From a virus, in IMG/VR virus record IMGVR_UViG_3300035698_013740, positions 1 through 64,000 of that record: a stretch of 64,000 nucleotides of DNA; one strand, given 5' to 3'. Shown here piece by piece: positions 48,700-57,947 of this stretch (positions are counted from its first letter, which is position 1; the number at the start of each line of letters is the position of its first letter). Made by a program: the position numbers and the translations under genes. Under the pieces are notes generated by a model. That model had not been told where the DNA came from, did no database searches, and saw nothing but the letters and a program-made list of their open reading frames with translations.

Positions 48700-48834
48700 T
48701 GTTTGTTATTACCAATTAGGAAGATAGCACTCAATAAATTTTGCACATACGTATAAACTAAACTACTTAAAGAGGTGATTCGATAAATTAACAAAATTTA
48801 TTAGTGCAATCTTTCTAATTTGTAATAACCAACA
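48700..48834. repeat. ~44-bp imperfect inverted repeat (long hairpin) upstream of endolysin
   Basis: 48700-48743 is the near reverse complement of 48792-48834. Confidence 0.9.
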
Positions 48835-48846
48835 ATAGTACAATAT

Positions 48847-49353
48847 ATGTCAAACCGAATATCCAAATATATTAGTTTTAGCGAGTCTATAAAATCTCAA
48901 ACTGCCGTTAGAAAAAATATAGATAACAGCCCATCTAAAGATACACATCTAGTTGCTATGAAAAATATAGCAACCAAAATATTTGATCCAGTAAGAGAAC
49001 ACTTTGGAGTTCCAATTGGAATCAGTTCGTTTTATAGAAGTCCTGCCTTGAATAAGGCAATTGGAGGATCGTCAACATCCCAGCATTCAGTAGGTGAAGC
49101 AATAGATATGGATGCTGACATGTATGGTAAACTTACCAACAGTGAAATATTTCACTTTATTAAGGAAAATTTTGTGTTCCATCAATTGATATGGGAATAT
49201 GGAGACAGCAATAATCCGGCATGGATTCATGTAGGATTGCGACTAAGTGGCATAAACAGACAAGAAGTAAAGAGCGCAGTTCATTATCAAAAATGGAATG
49301 CTAAGAAGGGAAAATACGTAACAAAAACGAAATATGTTCCATGGCAAGAATAA
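48847..49353 (+). CDS. Endolysin, peptidase M15 family
   Basis: 'SSFYRSPALNKAIGG...SQH..GEAID','WIHV'. Confidence 0.88.
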   Translation: MSNRISKYISFSESIKSQTAVRKNIDNSPSKDTHLVAMKNIATKIFDPVREHFGVPIGISSFYRSPALNKAIGGSSTSQHSVGEAIDMDADMYGKLTNSEIFHFIKENFVFHQLIWEYGDSNNPAWIHVGLRLSGINRQEVKSAVHYQKWNAKKGKYVTKTKYVPWQE

Positions 49354-50348
49354 AGGCAGAATACATTTGGATTGACGGTATAGAACCTACCGCACTAGTT
49401 AGAAGCAAAACTAAAATACTTATTGGAACTGAAGGCACAGTTCCAAACTTTCCGAAGTGGGGGTTTGACGGTAGCAGTACAAATCAAGCAGTTGGAAACG
49501 ATAGTGATTGCATACTAAATCCAGTATCATTTAGAATTAATCCGCTAAACGATGACGGGTTTTTAGTGTTATGTGAAGTTTTAAATTCTGATGAAACTCC
49601 ACACAAATCAAATAAGCGAGCTAAACTTAGAATAGTTCAAGATCAATTCAAAGACTATGAATGCTGGTTTGGATTTGAACAAGAATATACGCTAATGAAA
49701 GGCGGAAGACCATATGGTTGGCCAAAGAATGGATATCCACCGGCTCAGGGTCAATTCTATTGTGGAGTTGGTGCAGATAATGTGTACGGCAGAGAATTGA
49801 TAGAATCTCACTTGGATGCATGTATTATTGCAGAACTATCTATTGAAGGTATAAATGCTGAAGTAATGCCAGGACAGTGGGAATTTCAAATTGGTGCAGG
49901 TCTTGGGTTAAAAATGTGTGATGATTTAATTTACGCCAGATGGTTACTTTATAGAATTGGTGAAGCGTATGATATTAGTGTTACATTACATCCTAAACCA
50001 ATAAAGGGAGATTGGAATGGTGCAGGAATGCATACCAATTTTTCTACTAATGGTATGAGAAGGCAGGGTGGGTATGAACATATTGAAAACGCAATTAAAA
50101 AATTAGAACATAATCACACTACCATAGTAGAAGTATATGGAGCAGATAATCATGAAAGATTAACTGGAAACCATGAAACGTGTGGAATTGACGAATTTAA
50201 ATCAGGAGTTGCAGATAGAGGAGCATCTATACGAATTCCTAGACATGTAGCAAGTCAACAGTACGGATATTTAGAAGATAGAAGGCCAGCAGCAAACGCA
50301 GATCCATATGAAGTTGCTAGGGCTCTAATGGTAACGATCTGCGACTAA
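49341..50348 (+). CDS. glnII: Glutamine synthetase type II
   Basis: 'AEYIWIDG','WGFDGSST','GFEQEY','NAEVMPGQWEFQ','GDWNGAGMHTNFST','RLTGNHET','YLEDRRPAAN'; 335 aa. Confidence 0.95.
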   Translation: MARIKAEYIWIDGIEPTALVRSKTKILIGTEGTVPNFPKWGFDGSSTNQAVGNDSDCILNPVSFRINPLNDDGFLVLCEVLNSDETPHKSNKRAKLRIVQDQFKDYECWFGFEQEYTLMKGGRPYGWPKNGYPPAQGQFYCGVGADNVYGRELIESHLDACIIAELSIEGINAEVMPGQWEFQIGAGLGLKMCDDLIYARWLLYRIGEAYDISVTLHPKPIKGDWNGAGMHTNFSTNGMRRQGGYEHIENAIKKLEHNHTTIVEVYGADNHERLTGNHETCGIDEFKSGVADRGASIRIPRHVASQQYGYLEDRRPAANADPYEVARALMVTICD

Positions 50349-50367
50349 TAAATAAAAGGTTATAAGA

Positions 50368-51012
50368 ATGAAGGTTGAATTGGTTTGTGTCACTCCAGAT
50401 GCAGAAGAAAATATTGTAAAAATCGCTAGAGTATCATCTAGCAGAAAAGATAAAAAGGCAAATAGTGCTGGGTTACTGAGATACCTAATCACCAACAAGC
50501 ATTGGTCTCCGTTTGAACATGGTTATATGACACTTGAAATTGAAACATCAAAATCAATTGGCATTCAGTATTTACGTCATAGATCATTTACGTTTCAAGA
50601 GTTTAGCCAGAGATACCAAGATGTTGGAGTTTTAGGAGAAATGTTTGAGCCTATTGAATTGAGAGCTCAAGCAACAGACAACAGACAATCATCTACAGAA
50701 GTATTTGATCCAGTATGTGAAGATGGTAGATTAGCATCTAAGGTAGTTAGCGATACGTTAGACGTGTGTAAGACTGCATATAATTTATTACTAAAGGCAA
50801 CCGTTGCAAGAGAATGTGCTAGATTCGTTCTTCCAGTAGCAACTAGGACTAAGATTTACATGACAGGAAGTATTAGAAGTTGGATTCATCTTATTCAACT
50901 AAGAGATGATGGTCATGCCCAATTGGAAGCTCAAATTATTGCCAGAGAAGCTAAAGCAATATTTATTGAAGAATTTCCTGTAATTGCCGATGCATTAACG
51001 TTAGAGGTCTAA
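50368..51012 (+). CDS. thyX: Flavin-dependent thymidylate synthase
   Basis: 'HWSPFEH','RHRSFTFQEFSQRY','ECARFVLP','HAQLE'. Confidence 0.95.
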   Translation: MKVELVCVTPDAEENIVKIARVSSSRKDKKANSAGLLRYLITNKHWSPFEHGYMTLEIETSKSIGIQYLRHRSFTFQEFSQRYQDVGVLGEMFEPIELRAQATDNRQSSTEVFDPVCEDGRLASKVVSDTLDVCKTAYNLLLKATVARECARFVLPVATRTKIYMTGSIRSWIHLIQLRDDGHAQLEAQIIAREAKAIFIEEFPVIADALTLEV

Positions 51013-51016
51013 TTTT

Positions 51017-51502
51017 ATGAAGAGAGGAATGGGTGCAAGACCACTATTGGCTTCAGAGATCAAAGAGGCTCAATCTAAATCCCTGTCAGCCGCTGGTGCC
51101 GCTCGACATCTAGATGTGTCATACAACACATATAAGAAATATGCTAGGATGTATGGACTCCACAATGATTTTGTAAATCAAGAAGGGCATGGTATCAGTA
51201 AAGGTTATTCTAGCACTGGTGGGAAATATCCTCTCAAAGATATTATAGAAGGAAAGCATCCAGAATATTCTAAAAATAAATTGATGTCTAGGCTCATAAA
51301 GGCTGGATATCTTCAAGAAAATTGTAGATGTTGTGGATTTGACGAAAAACGACTTACCGATGATAGAGTACCATTAAAGATGAATTTCAAAGATGGTAAT
51401 TCTAAAAATCATTTATTTGATAATCTAGAATTGCTGTGTTACAATTGTTATTTCCTACAAGTGGGCAATTTAACAGGAAAGAAAAAGGATTTTTTATACT
51501 GA
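51017..51502 (+). CDS. HTH plus HNH-like zinc-finger protein
   Basis: 'AARHLDVSYNTYKKYA' HTH; 'CRCCG...DGN..N...NLELLCYNC'. Confidence 0.7.
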   Translation: MKRGMGARPLLASEIKEAQSKSLSAAGAARHLDVSYNTYKKYARMYGLHNDFVNQEGHGISKGYSSTGGKYPLKDIIEGKHPEYSKNKLMSRLIKAGYLQENCRCCGFDEKRLTDDRVPLKMNFKDGNSKNHLFDNLELLCYNCYFLQVGNLTGKKKDFLY

Positions 51503-51503
51503 T

Positions 51504-51752
51504 ATGGAAAAATTAACACCAGTAATGACACGAGTTCCACAAGAATGGGATAGTTGGGTAGAATGCGATAATAGCGATAGTGAAGTATTTGAAACTATCT
51601 ATGATGCTTTTGGATTTGCAAATGATAAGTATGGATACACAGAATTTAGATTATCTCTTACAGATGGTATGATTTATGGTATAGTTGAAGACGGAAAAGA
51701 AGACGTACCTAAAGAAGAACCTAAGCGATTTAATCTATATGGTGATAGATAA
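51504..51752 (+). CDS. Hypothetical protein
   Basis: Coupled ORF. Confidence 0.55.
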   Translation: MEKLTPVMTRVPQEWDSWVECDNSDSEVFETIYDAFGFANDKYGYTEFRLSLTDGMIYGIVEDGKEDVPKEEPKRFNLYGDR

Positions 51753-51767
51753 CCAATAGAGAAGTAT

Positions 51768-52448
51768 ATGTCTTTGCATCCTCATAGCAACAGAAAAATA
51801 AAAAAGGGATATCAATATCCATATGATAGGCGCAATATATGGAGGAGATCCTTTTGGGCGTTTAGAAATTTGTTGTGGCAAAACTTTAGATTTTTGAAGA
51901 GACAGCGATCTACATTGAAAAAGATATTTATTTTCAAACGTCCATTCATTCAATATAACGATGCTTGGCCACATTTAAAATTGACAGGTCTTCACGATAT
52001 TACCTTTAAGTGTAACAGAGTAAAGACCAGATTTGAACGAACTAGCGATATGAATGATGCTAGGAATCAAAGATTATCTATGTCACACGAATATTCAGAT
52101 AGGGTCATTGCTAGATATTCTGAAGATGGTGTGGTACTTACTACTTATGCATATAGAGATGGATATGGTCCTGCTACGAAAACTCCACATCCAGCAGAGG
52201 TTGTATTATCTAGACCACTATGTACTGTTCCATATAATACTGAGATTCATATAAGTATTGTTAGAGAAAATATGATGACAACGTATTCAGTACATGATAG
52301 ATTTGGATTTGAATTTGGAGTATCTAGATTAGCTCAAACTAAGAAGCCATCATTTTTTCAAATGCCAAGCGGAGCTCATGCAAATAACGGCCCTACATCT
52401 CCATGGGCAACATCGGAAATAAATTGGGAAGAAGATTTTAAACATTAA
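51768..52448 (+). CDS. Hypothetical protein
   Basis: 226-aa ORF. Confidence 0.55.
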   Translation: MSLHPHSNRKIKKGYQYPYDRRNIWRRSFWAFRNLLWQNFRFLKRQRSTLKKIFIFKRPFIQYNDAWPHLKLTGLHDITFKCNRVKTRFERTSDMNDARNQRLSMSHEYSDRVIARYSEDGVVLTTYAYRDGYGPATKTPHPAEVVLSRPLCTVPYNTEIHISIVRENMMTTYSVHDRFGFEFGVSRLAQTKKPSFFQMPSGAHANNGPTSPWATSEINWEEDFKH

Positions 52449-52469
52449 AATTTTGTTGTATATTAGAAT

Positions 52470-52862
52470 ATGCTTAAAAATACAAAGAAACTGAATAAGG
52501 CTGACCGAGAAAAGGCATTTAATGATGTTTACCAATTAGCAAGAATTACAGGACTTCAATCTGGAGAATATTTTGAACCAACCCCAATGATAGTTGTGGA
52601 TGACATTGGTCAAGAATATATCATAGAAGAAGGTCTTTGTGGATTTGCATGGATAAATATTAAACCTGGAAATAGTCAATTTGCAAATTGGCTAAAGGCT
52701 AATGACCATGCAACTAAAGATTCATATTATGGTGGGGTAACAGTATGGGTATCTGAGTTCAATCAATCTATGGAACGAAAGATCAAATATGCCAGAGCAT
52801 TTGCCAAGGTGTTATCAGATAATGGATTGGAAAGAGTATATGTAGGATCTAGAATGGATTAA
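52470..52862 (+). CDS. Hypothetical phage protein
   Basis: 'GLCGFAWI','FNQSMERK..YA.AFA.VL','SRMD'. Confidence 0.65.
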   Translation: MLKNTKKLNKADREKAFNDVYQLARITGLQSGEYFEPTPMIVVDDIGQEYIIEEGLCGFAWINIKPGNSQFANWLKANDHATKDSYYGGVTVWVSEFNQSMERKIKYARAFAKVLSDNGLERVYVGSRMD

Positions 52863-52867
52863 TTTGG

Positions 52868-52899
52868 CTGTGTACTTTACGAGATTTAGTAGTTATTAT
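52868..52899 (+). promoter_or_regulatory. Sigma70-like early promoter, copy 1
   Basis: CTGTGTACT-N17-TATTAT; same motif and spacing at 53054. Confidence 0.65.
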
Positions 52900-52902
52900 T
52901 AT

Positions 52903-53036
52903 ATCTCGCATTTGCAATCGCGAACTTAGTATGGTGATGATCATGCTTTTACAACTAAATAAGGTAAAGAGGATTTAGTGCCTGTAAGCACGATTCTTGG
53001 AAGATTAGGGATTTAACATGAATCCCTTTTCTTTTG
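52903..53036 (+). ncRNA. Candidate structured small RNA between promoter and terminator
   Basis: No sizeable ORF; stems TGCTT..TTACA/TGTAAGCA and ACTAAAT/ATTTAGT; ends in AGGGATT/AATCCCT plus T-rich tail. Confidence 0.45.
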
Positions 53037-53053
53037 TCAAAAAATTAGGGTGA

Positions 53054-53085
53054 CTGTGTACTATTAGTCTGGATTTTGTTATTAT
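53054..53085 (+). promoter_or_regulatory. Sigma70-like early promoter, copy 2
   Basis: CTGTGTACT-N17-TATTAT upstream of a run of small ORFs. Confidence 0.65.
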
Positions 53086-53127
53086 GTACTTGTCGTCACA
53101 CACACACAAACCAACCGACGATTTATC

Positions 53128-53370
53128 ATGGCTATTAAAGATCAAACAATCGAGCCTGCCAAATACGGCGAAGGCGTTTCAGTCTACGAATTTGGCAGAT
53201 ATCCTCGCTCAAGCGTTCTAGCAGGGCAGACGAAAAAACAATACCTAGACGGTTTCGACACAGTAGAGGAAGCGCAGGAAGCATTTCCACGTGCTGTAGC
53301 TTCGGGCTGCACAAGATCGGCACACAACACATTCGACCATCTTCCTGATGGTCCAGATTTGGTATACTAA
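53128..53370 (+). CDS. Hypothetical early protein
   Basis: First ORF after promoter; visibly more GC-rich codons. Confidence 0.6.
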   Translation: MAIKDQTIEPAKYGEGVSVYEFGRYPRSSVLAGQTKKQYLDGFDTVEEAQEAFPRAVASGCTRSAHNTFDHLPDGPDLVY

Positions 53371-53372
53371 AA

Positions 53373-53633
53373 ATGACACTTTTAGAACATATGCCGCAGG
53401 ACGCTCTCAATGAACTCACAGATGGTAGAGATCGAGTAACCAAATTCTTTGATAAAGATGTTGTTACTGAGTGGAATAGTTGGGACGGATTTATGTCAAA
53501 GCACGTAAAACCATGGCCAGGATCACATAAAAATGTTTTTGTATGGTGGGAACTTGAAACTGGCCATGCAATTGGTTGGAATGAAAACCCATCACGAGGA
53601 TGGTCATTCCCAGTTATTAAACTCAAAAAATAA
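53373..53633 (+). CDS. Hypothetical Trp-rich protein
   Basis: 'WPGSHKNVFVWWELETGHAIGWNENPSRGWSFPV'. Confidence 0.6.
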   Translation: MTLLEHMPQDALNELTDGRDRVTKFFDKDVVTEWNSWDGFMSKHVKPWPGSHKNVFVWWELETGHAIGWNENPSRGWSFPVIKLKK

Positions 53634-53833
53634 TGAAAAAATATCAAGATAATCCTGCTCCACTTTCTAGAGAATTGGAAATGGAAAGCCTTCGTAAATC
53701 AATGAAGGCATGTAGAGATCTTCTTCGAGCATTTAATAGAGGATTGGAACCATACGGAGACGTTACGGTTCAAAGTGTAGAAGAAGAGTATTCAAAATAT
53801 TACAATAGATTGAATGCGCTCTTTGCAAAATGA
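53633..53833 (+). CDS. Hypothetical protein
   Basis: TAATG-coupled ORF. Confidence 0.5.
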   Translation: MKKYQDNPAPLSRELEMESLRKSMKACRDLLRAFNRGLEPYGDVTVQSVEEEYSKYYNRLNALFAK

Positions 53834-54113
53834 GGTAAATATGGAATCAGTGGTAGATGAATTGGAATACCCAATTGACCAATCAGGTCATGAAATGAAA
53901 TTAGGTGACGAGGTAATCTTTTGGACTGGAGGCTATATTGCTAAGGGCCAAATCATAAAGCTCACTGGAAGAAAACCAAGATATAACCGTAGAGGCCGTC
54001 TAACGCGATGGAGTGGATGGCCAGCCTGGATAGAATTTGAAAACGGTGGAACAATTACCCTGAGAGATTGTAGAAAGACTGCAATGAAAATAATTTTATC
54101 AAAGAATGCTTAG
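53814..54113 (+). CDS. Hypothetical SH3/KOW-like protein
   Basis: 'LGDEVIF......KGQIIK'; start may be 53841 (GAGG RBS). Confidence 0.5.
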   Translation: MRSLQNEVNMESVVDELEYPIDQSGHEMKLGDEVIFWTGGYIAKGQIIKLTGRKPRYNRRGRLTRWSGWPAWIEFENGGTITLRDCRKTAMKIILSKNA

Positions 54114-54318
54114 AACTCATAAAATCAAAATCATACTAAATTCGTATGTACATTGGGACTATTGTATTGGCAAATCTATTCGTACTTCGTTTAACAAAGG
54201 GTCAATTAGATACATCTCATTCTCAGACAAAACATGGTCAGTAATAACCGACGGATTTGTTCCTGATGTACCATACAATTCAGATTTAACAGTATTTAAG
54301 GAACTAGGTATACTTTAA
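54106..54318 (+). CDS. Hypothetical protein
   Basis: Coupled ORF. Confidence 0.45.
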   Translation: MLRTHKIKIILNSYVHWDYCIGKSIRTSFNKGSIRYISFSDKTWSVITDGFVPDVPYNSDLTVFKELGIL

Positions 54319-54848
54319 TGCCATACCAATATTTGATTACAATAGACAGATCGTCTATTAAAAGAAACCCAAATTATGGAAAAACTAGAATTCCATTTAG
54401 AGGAAGGTCTAGTCTATATGCAATATTTACAAATGAAATCCCAAAATCATTAAAGGATAAATTTGAAGTAGTAGATATTGCCACTGCAGGATTTGATGAT
54501 GAAATGGTAGAATTAGGTGCACATGGAATTGGAAATCCAATTGAACTTCAAAAAGAATTATTGAATCTACCGCACAATCAGCGACCACGGAAAGTTGAAA
54601 TTACAGCAAATGTACTAGACGTTGAATGTTGTAATCCACCACAATATCTATATGAATATCTTCCAGTAACAGTACAGTGTTATATGTGTGATGTAAGCTT
54701 TTTACATACTGCATTAGAAGACGATTATAATGACTACTGTGATTATACGAGCACAGACACAAAATGCCCAAACTGCAAAGAATGGGATTGTGTAGAACTT
54801 ACGTATGAAGATTTAACAAAAGACCTAATAAAACAAACAGGACATTAG
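54318..54848 (+). CDS. Hypothetical zinc-finger protein
   Basis: CYMC...CPNC. Confidence 0.55.
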   Translation: MPYQYLITIDRSSIKRNPNYGKTRIPFRGRSSLYAIFTNEIPKSLKDKFEVVDIATAGFDDEMVELGAHGIGNPIELQKELLNLPHNQRPRKVEITANVLDVECCNPPQYLYEYLPVTVQCYMCDVSFLHTALEDDYNDYCDYTSTDTKCPNCKEWDCVELTYEDLTKDLIKQTGH

Positions 54849-54851
54849 AAT

Positions 54852-55070
54852 ATGAAATATTATGAAGTTCACGTAGAATGGCGTGATGAAAACGGAGATA
54901 AAGTTAAAAAGTTTACTGAAAGGTATCTTGTATTTGCTGTATCTGTTACGGATGCAGAAGTTAGAGTTACTAAAGTATTCGGAGAAGAAGAATCCACATC
55001 TGGAGTTGAATTCAATGTGAAGTTGGTAAAAGAATCTTCAATTGTTCGAGTGTTTGAAGTTGGTCAATAG
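54852..55070 (+). CDS. DUF4494-like protein
   Basis: 'YYEV.V....ENG.K.KK..ERYLV.A.SVTDAE.RV...VKESSI..V'. Confidence 0.65.
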   Translation: MKYYEVHVEWRDENGDKVKKFTERYLVFAVSVTDAEVRVTKVFGEEESTSGVEFNVKLVKESSIVRVFEVGQ

Positions 55071-55105
55071 TATGTGACAATACATACTCGATTTTCAAAA
55101 AGCTG

Positions 55106-55143
55106 CCCTTGCTAGAATTAATCTAGCAAGGGTTTTGCCTTTT
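55106..55143 (+). terminator. Rho-independent terminator
   Basis: CCCTTGCTAGA...TCTAGCAAGGG stem followed by TTTTGCCTTTT. Confidence 0.8.
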
Positions 55144-55214
55144 ATACGGTGTACCTCATATTTATTTTAAATGGTTACATTTGTTCATTTAAATTATTAA
55201 CGAGGAATGTGTAT

Positions 55215-55973
55215 ATGGACGATTCAACGATCGACAACACAAGAGAGTTCAGTGGTGAATTTGAAGAATTAAAAAGGGCAGGAATGCCTCAGTTTGTAAA
55301 ACCTCTGACATTTGCGACAGAAAATCAAGGAAAATGGTATGATGAAATATCAAACCCGACAAATAAAATAATAATGTGCCATGCTGTAGCAGGTGTGGGA
55401 AAAACGCATATAACGCTATATAGTGCACTTGAACATATTTTCAAAAAAGATAGACCTCAGAAGAAGCTTATTATTATTAATCCTACTGTCGACGTTGGGA
55501 ATGAAAATGCTCTTGGATTTCTTCCGGGATCTCTTGGACAGAAAATAGAAAATTATAATGAAAGCGCGTATTATGTTCTTGCTAAGTTAATGACTAAAAG
55601 TAAATTAGATGAATTAATAAAAAAGGAAAAGATTCAATTTAGAGTATTGAACTTTTTAAGGGGAGTAAATTTAGAGGATATGGTAGTTCTATTAGATGAA
55701 GCTCAGAATGTATCTAGTAAGCAACTTAAGACACTGATGACTAGAATTAATGATGATACTAAGCTTATTATCCAAGGAGATCTGGGACAATGTGATAAAT
55801 TTAAGGATTGGAAACAATCTGGCTTCTTTGATGTTTGGAAAAGATTAAAGGGCGTAGAAGGTGTAGGCTATATGGAATTTACACCGCATGATGTTATTAG
55901 ATCTAAAATTGTAAAGGATGTTTTATCAAGATACGCTACTGAGGAAAATATTGTATTAAACGGTTTTTCTTAA
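55215..55973 (+). CDS. phoH: PhoH-family ATPase
   Basis: 'AGVGKT','LGFLPG','FLRG','LDEAQN','TRI','GDLGQCD','DVIRS'; ATG 55215 preferred. Confidence 0.92.
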   Translation: MDDSTIDNTREFSGEFEELKRAGMPQFVKPLTFATENQGKWYDEISNPTNKIIMCHAVAGVGKTHITLYSALEHIFKKDRPQKKLIIINPTVDVGNENALGFLPGSLGQKIENYNESAYYVLAKLMTKSKLDELIKKEKIQFRVLNFLRGVNLEDMVVLLDEAQNVSSKQLKTLMTRINDDTKLIIQGDLGQCDKFKDWKQSGFFDVWKRLKGVEGVGYMEFTPHDVIRSKIVKDVLSRYATEENIVLNGFS

Positions 55974-56043
55974 GAATAATTTAACATTGTAGATAAGTAT
56001 TGTATATATTGTTAATTCAACTTATATACATACAACAAACAAA

Positions 56044-56553
56044 ATGAATATCGCTAGAAAGCATACATTGGTTTTAAACAGTACTGGAATTCCTATTATG
56101 ATTATGGATTCTAGGCGGGCGTTTAAAAACGTATATACTGACGCAGTGTACCTTGTTAGCAATTACACTGGAGAATTCTTTAGATCAACCAATGAATCAT
56201 TTGGAGTTCCTTCAGTTATTAGATCTAAGAGATTTGTAAAGCTACCATTCAAAAAGGCAACACGCACTAAAGAAAATGTCTTCAAAAGAGATAAATACGA
56301 ATGTGTGTATTGTGGTGATGGCAATAAAAAGCATCTTACAATCGATCATGTGCTTCCAAAGTCCAGAGGTGGTAAAAGTTCTTGGACCAACGAAGTGACA
56401 TGTTGCTTTAGTTGTAATAATAAAAAGGATAATAAGACTCCTGCAGAAATGGGATGGAAAGATCCAAATCCACAGCATCCCCATTACTTAATTCTTATGA
56501 ATTCATTCGTTAAAAACGTTCCTAATGATTGGGAACCATATCTATTTATGTAA
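56044..56553 (+). CDS. HNH endonuclease
   Basis: 'RDKYECVYCG','TIDHVLPKSRGG..SWTN.VTCC.SCN.KK'. Confidence 0.92.
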   Translation: MNIARKHTLVLNSTGIPIMIMDSRRAFKNVYTDAVYLVSNYTGEFFRSTNESFGVPSVIRSKRFVKLPFKKATRTKENVFKRDKYECVYCGDGNKKHLTIDHVLPKSRGGKSSWTNEVTCCFSCNNKKDNKTPAEMGWKDPNPQHPHYLILMNSFVKNVPNDWEPYLFM

Positions 56554-56557
56554 AATT

Positions 56558-56713
56558 ATGAAAAAAGTTTATATTTATGAATCTCCAGATAAAGGAAAGA
56601 CTATCTTCCGTAGGGAATTTGGTGTATATGGAAAGCGTGAAAAGAAAATTGAATGGTATGCACCTGCTGCAATTGGAAATCCAATTACAGTAGTTTGGGT
56701 TCCTGAAGTTTAA
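56558..56713 (+). CDS. Small hypothetical protein
   Basis: 'YIYESPDKGKTIFRREFG'. Confidence 0.5.
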   Translation: MKKVYIYESPDKGKTIFRREFGVYGKREKKIEWYAPAAIGNPITVVWVPEV

Positions 56714-56715
56714 AT

Positions 56716-56786
56716 GGGTCAATGGCCGAACGGTTAGGCACGGGGTTGCAAACCTCGGTATGTGAGTTCGAATCTCTCTTGGCTCT
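56716..56786 (+). tRNA. tRNA-Cys(GCA)
   Basis: GGGTCAA/TTGGCTC acceptor, loop TTGCAAA, TTCGAAT T-loop, U73. Confidence 0.85.
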
Positions 56787-56805
56787 CAAAAAATAAAGGT
56801 TACAT

Positions 56806-57108
56806 ATGTTAGATTTAGATAGGTTATTGGATTTAGAAATGCAAGGCAATGATTGTGACGCAACTACAATTAGAGATTATTTGCATAAGTTACTAAGGGA
56901 AGTTTGGGTAGAACAAGATGGATTCTCAGGTAAAAGACCATTTGGAAATAGTTCATGGGAATATGATATGTATATTCCTCTAATTAAAGATGGAATTATT
57001 GATGGTAAATTCGAAGATGATGATCCTGAATGTTATATTGAATCTGTTGATTCGAAATTAGGACATAAAATCATCCTTCAGCTCATTGACCATATATTTG
57101 GAAAGTAA
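56806..57108 (+). CDS. Hypothetical phage protein
   Basis: 'TIRDYL..LL..VW.E..GFSGKRPFGNS.WE'. Confidence 0.6.
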   Translation: MLDLDRLLDLEMQGNDCDATTIRDYLHKLLREVWVEQDGFSGKRPFGNSSWEYDMYIPLIKDGIIDGKFEDDDPECYIESVDSKLGHKIILQLIDHIFGK

Positions 57109-57553
57109 AATGATAGAAACATTTTTGTATGATAGAGAAAAGAAGCGTGATGTATCAGAAATGATATGGAATATATGTGAAACTGAATTTGCAGATTTTA
57201 TAGAAAATGGTGGATTAGGTAGGTGTGATCATAGTAGTGTTGGAACTGCAATAGTACACACTCACCGAATATGTATATGCGGTCCACAAATCAGTGACAA
57301 ATATATTCATAATGAGATTATGGCCTATTTTATTGGTCACTTTCATCATTGGAGATTATTTTTCTTTAAAGAAGCGTTTGTTATGGATAGATTATGTATT
57401 GCTGCTTCTTGCGCTGGTACTAGCAAATTTCCGAATGAGTTACATAGCCATGGTGGAGAAACGTTGTTTATGAGAGGAGCAGGAATTAATCATGATGACG
57501 AATGGGAACTTCATTCATATAATCATCAGCCGAGCATTTGGAATGGAAAGTAA
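57086..57553 (+). CDS. Hypothetical protein
   Basis: ORF; start possibly 57110. Confidence 0.5.
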   Translation: MTIYLESKMIETFLYDREKKRDVSEMIWNICETEFADFIENGGLGRCDHSSVGTAIVHTHRICICGPQISDKYIHNEIMAYFIGHFHHWRLFFFKEAFVMDRLCIAASCAGTSKFPNELHSHGGETLFMRGAGINHDDEWELHSYNHQPSIWNGK

Positions 57554-57947
57554 GCAAGTAATAGTAGTTAGAAAGGATCTAAATATGCGAAAAGGAAAGA
57601 TAGCTGCCCAAGTTGCTCACGCATCTATGGGAGTTATTTTAGATTTGGTTGCAAACGGTAGAATAGTATACTCAAAAGAAGACTGTTGGGCTACCCAATA
57701 TGAAGACATGACATCAGTCACCGAATGGCTGAATGGTTCATTTACTAAAATTGTAGTTAGTGTAGATTCAGAAGAAGAACTAATGGGTTTATTTTGTTTA
57801 GTAACAAATACATTAGTACCTTGCAAGTTAATATTAGATAGCGGTCTTACAGAATTTGGTGGAAAGCCAACATTTACCTGTATGGCAATAGGTCCATGGT
57901 ATTCAGATAGAATAAATAACTTTACGGAAAATTTGAAATTATTATAG
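57543..57947 (+). CDS. Peptidyl-tRNA hydrolase, Pth2 type
   Basis: 'KQVIVVRKDLNMRKGKIAAQVAHAS','KIVV','DSGLTEF','T..AIGP'. Confidence 0.92.
   Translation: MESKQVIVVRKDLNMRKGKIAAQVAHASMGVILDLVANGRIVYSKEDCWATQYEDMTSVTEWLNGSFTKIVVSVDSEEELMGLFCLVTNTLVPCKLILDSGLTEFGGKPTFTCMAIGPWYSDRINNFTENLKLL

Noticed and set aside
55149-55214. N-terminal extension of PhoH from GTG 55149
   Set aside because: It overlaps the promoter-like TATTTAT motif; ATG 55215 with upstream GAGG is more plausible
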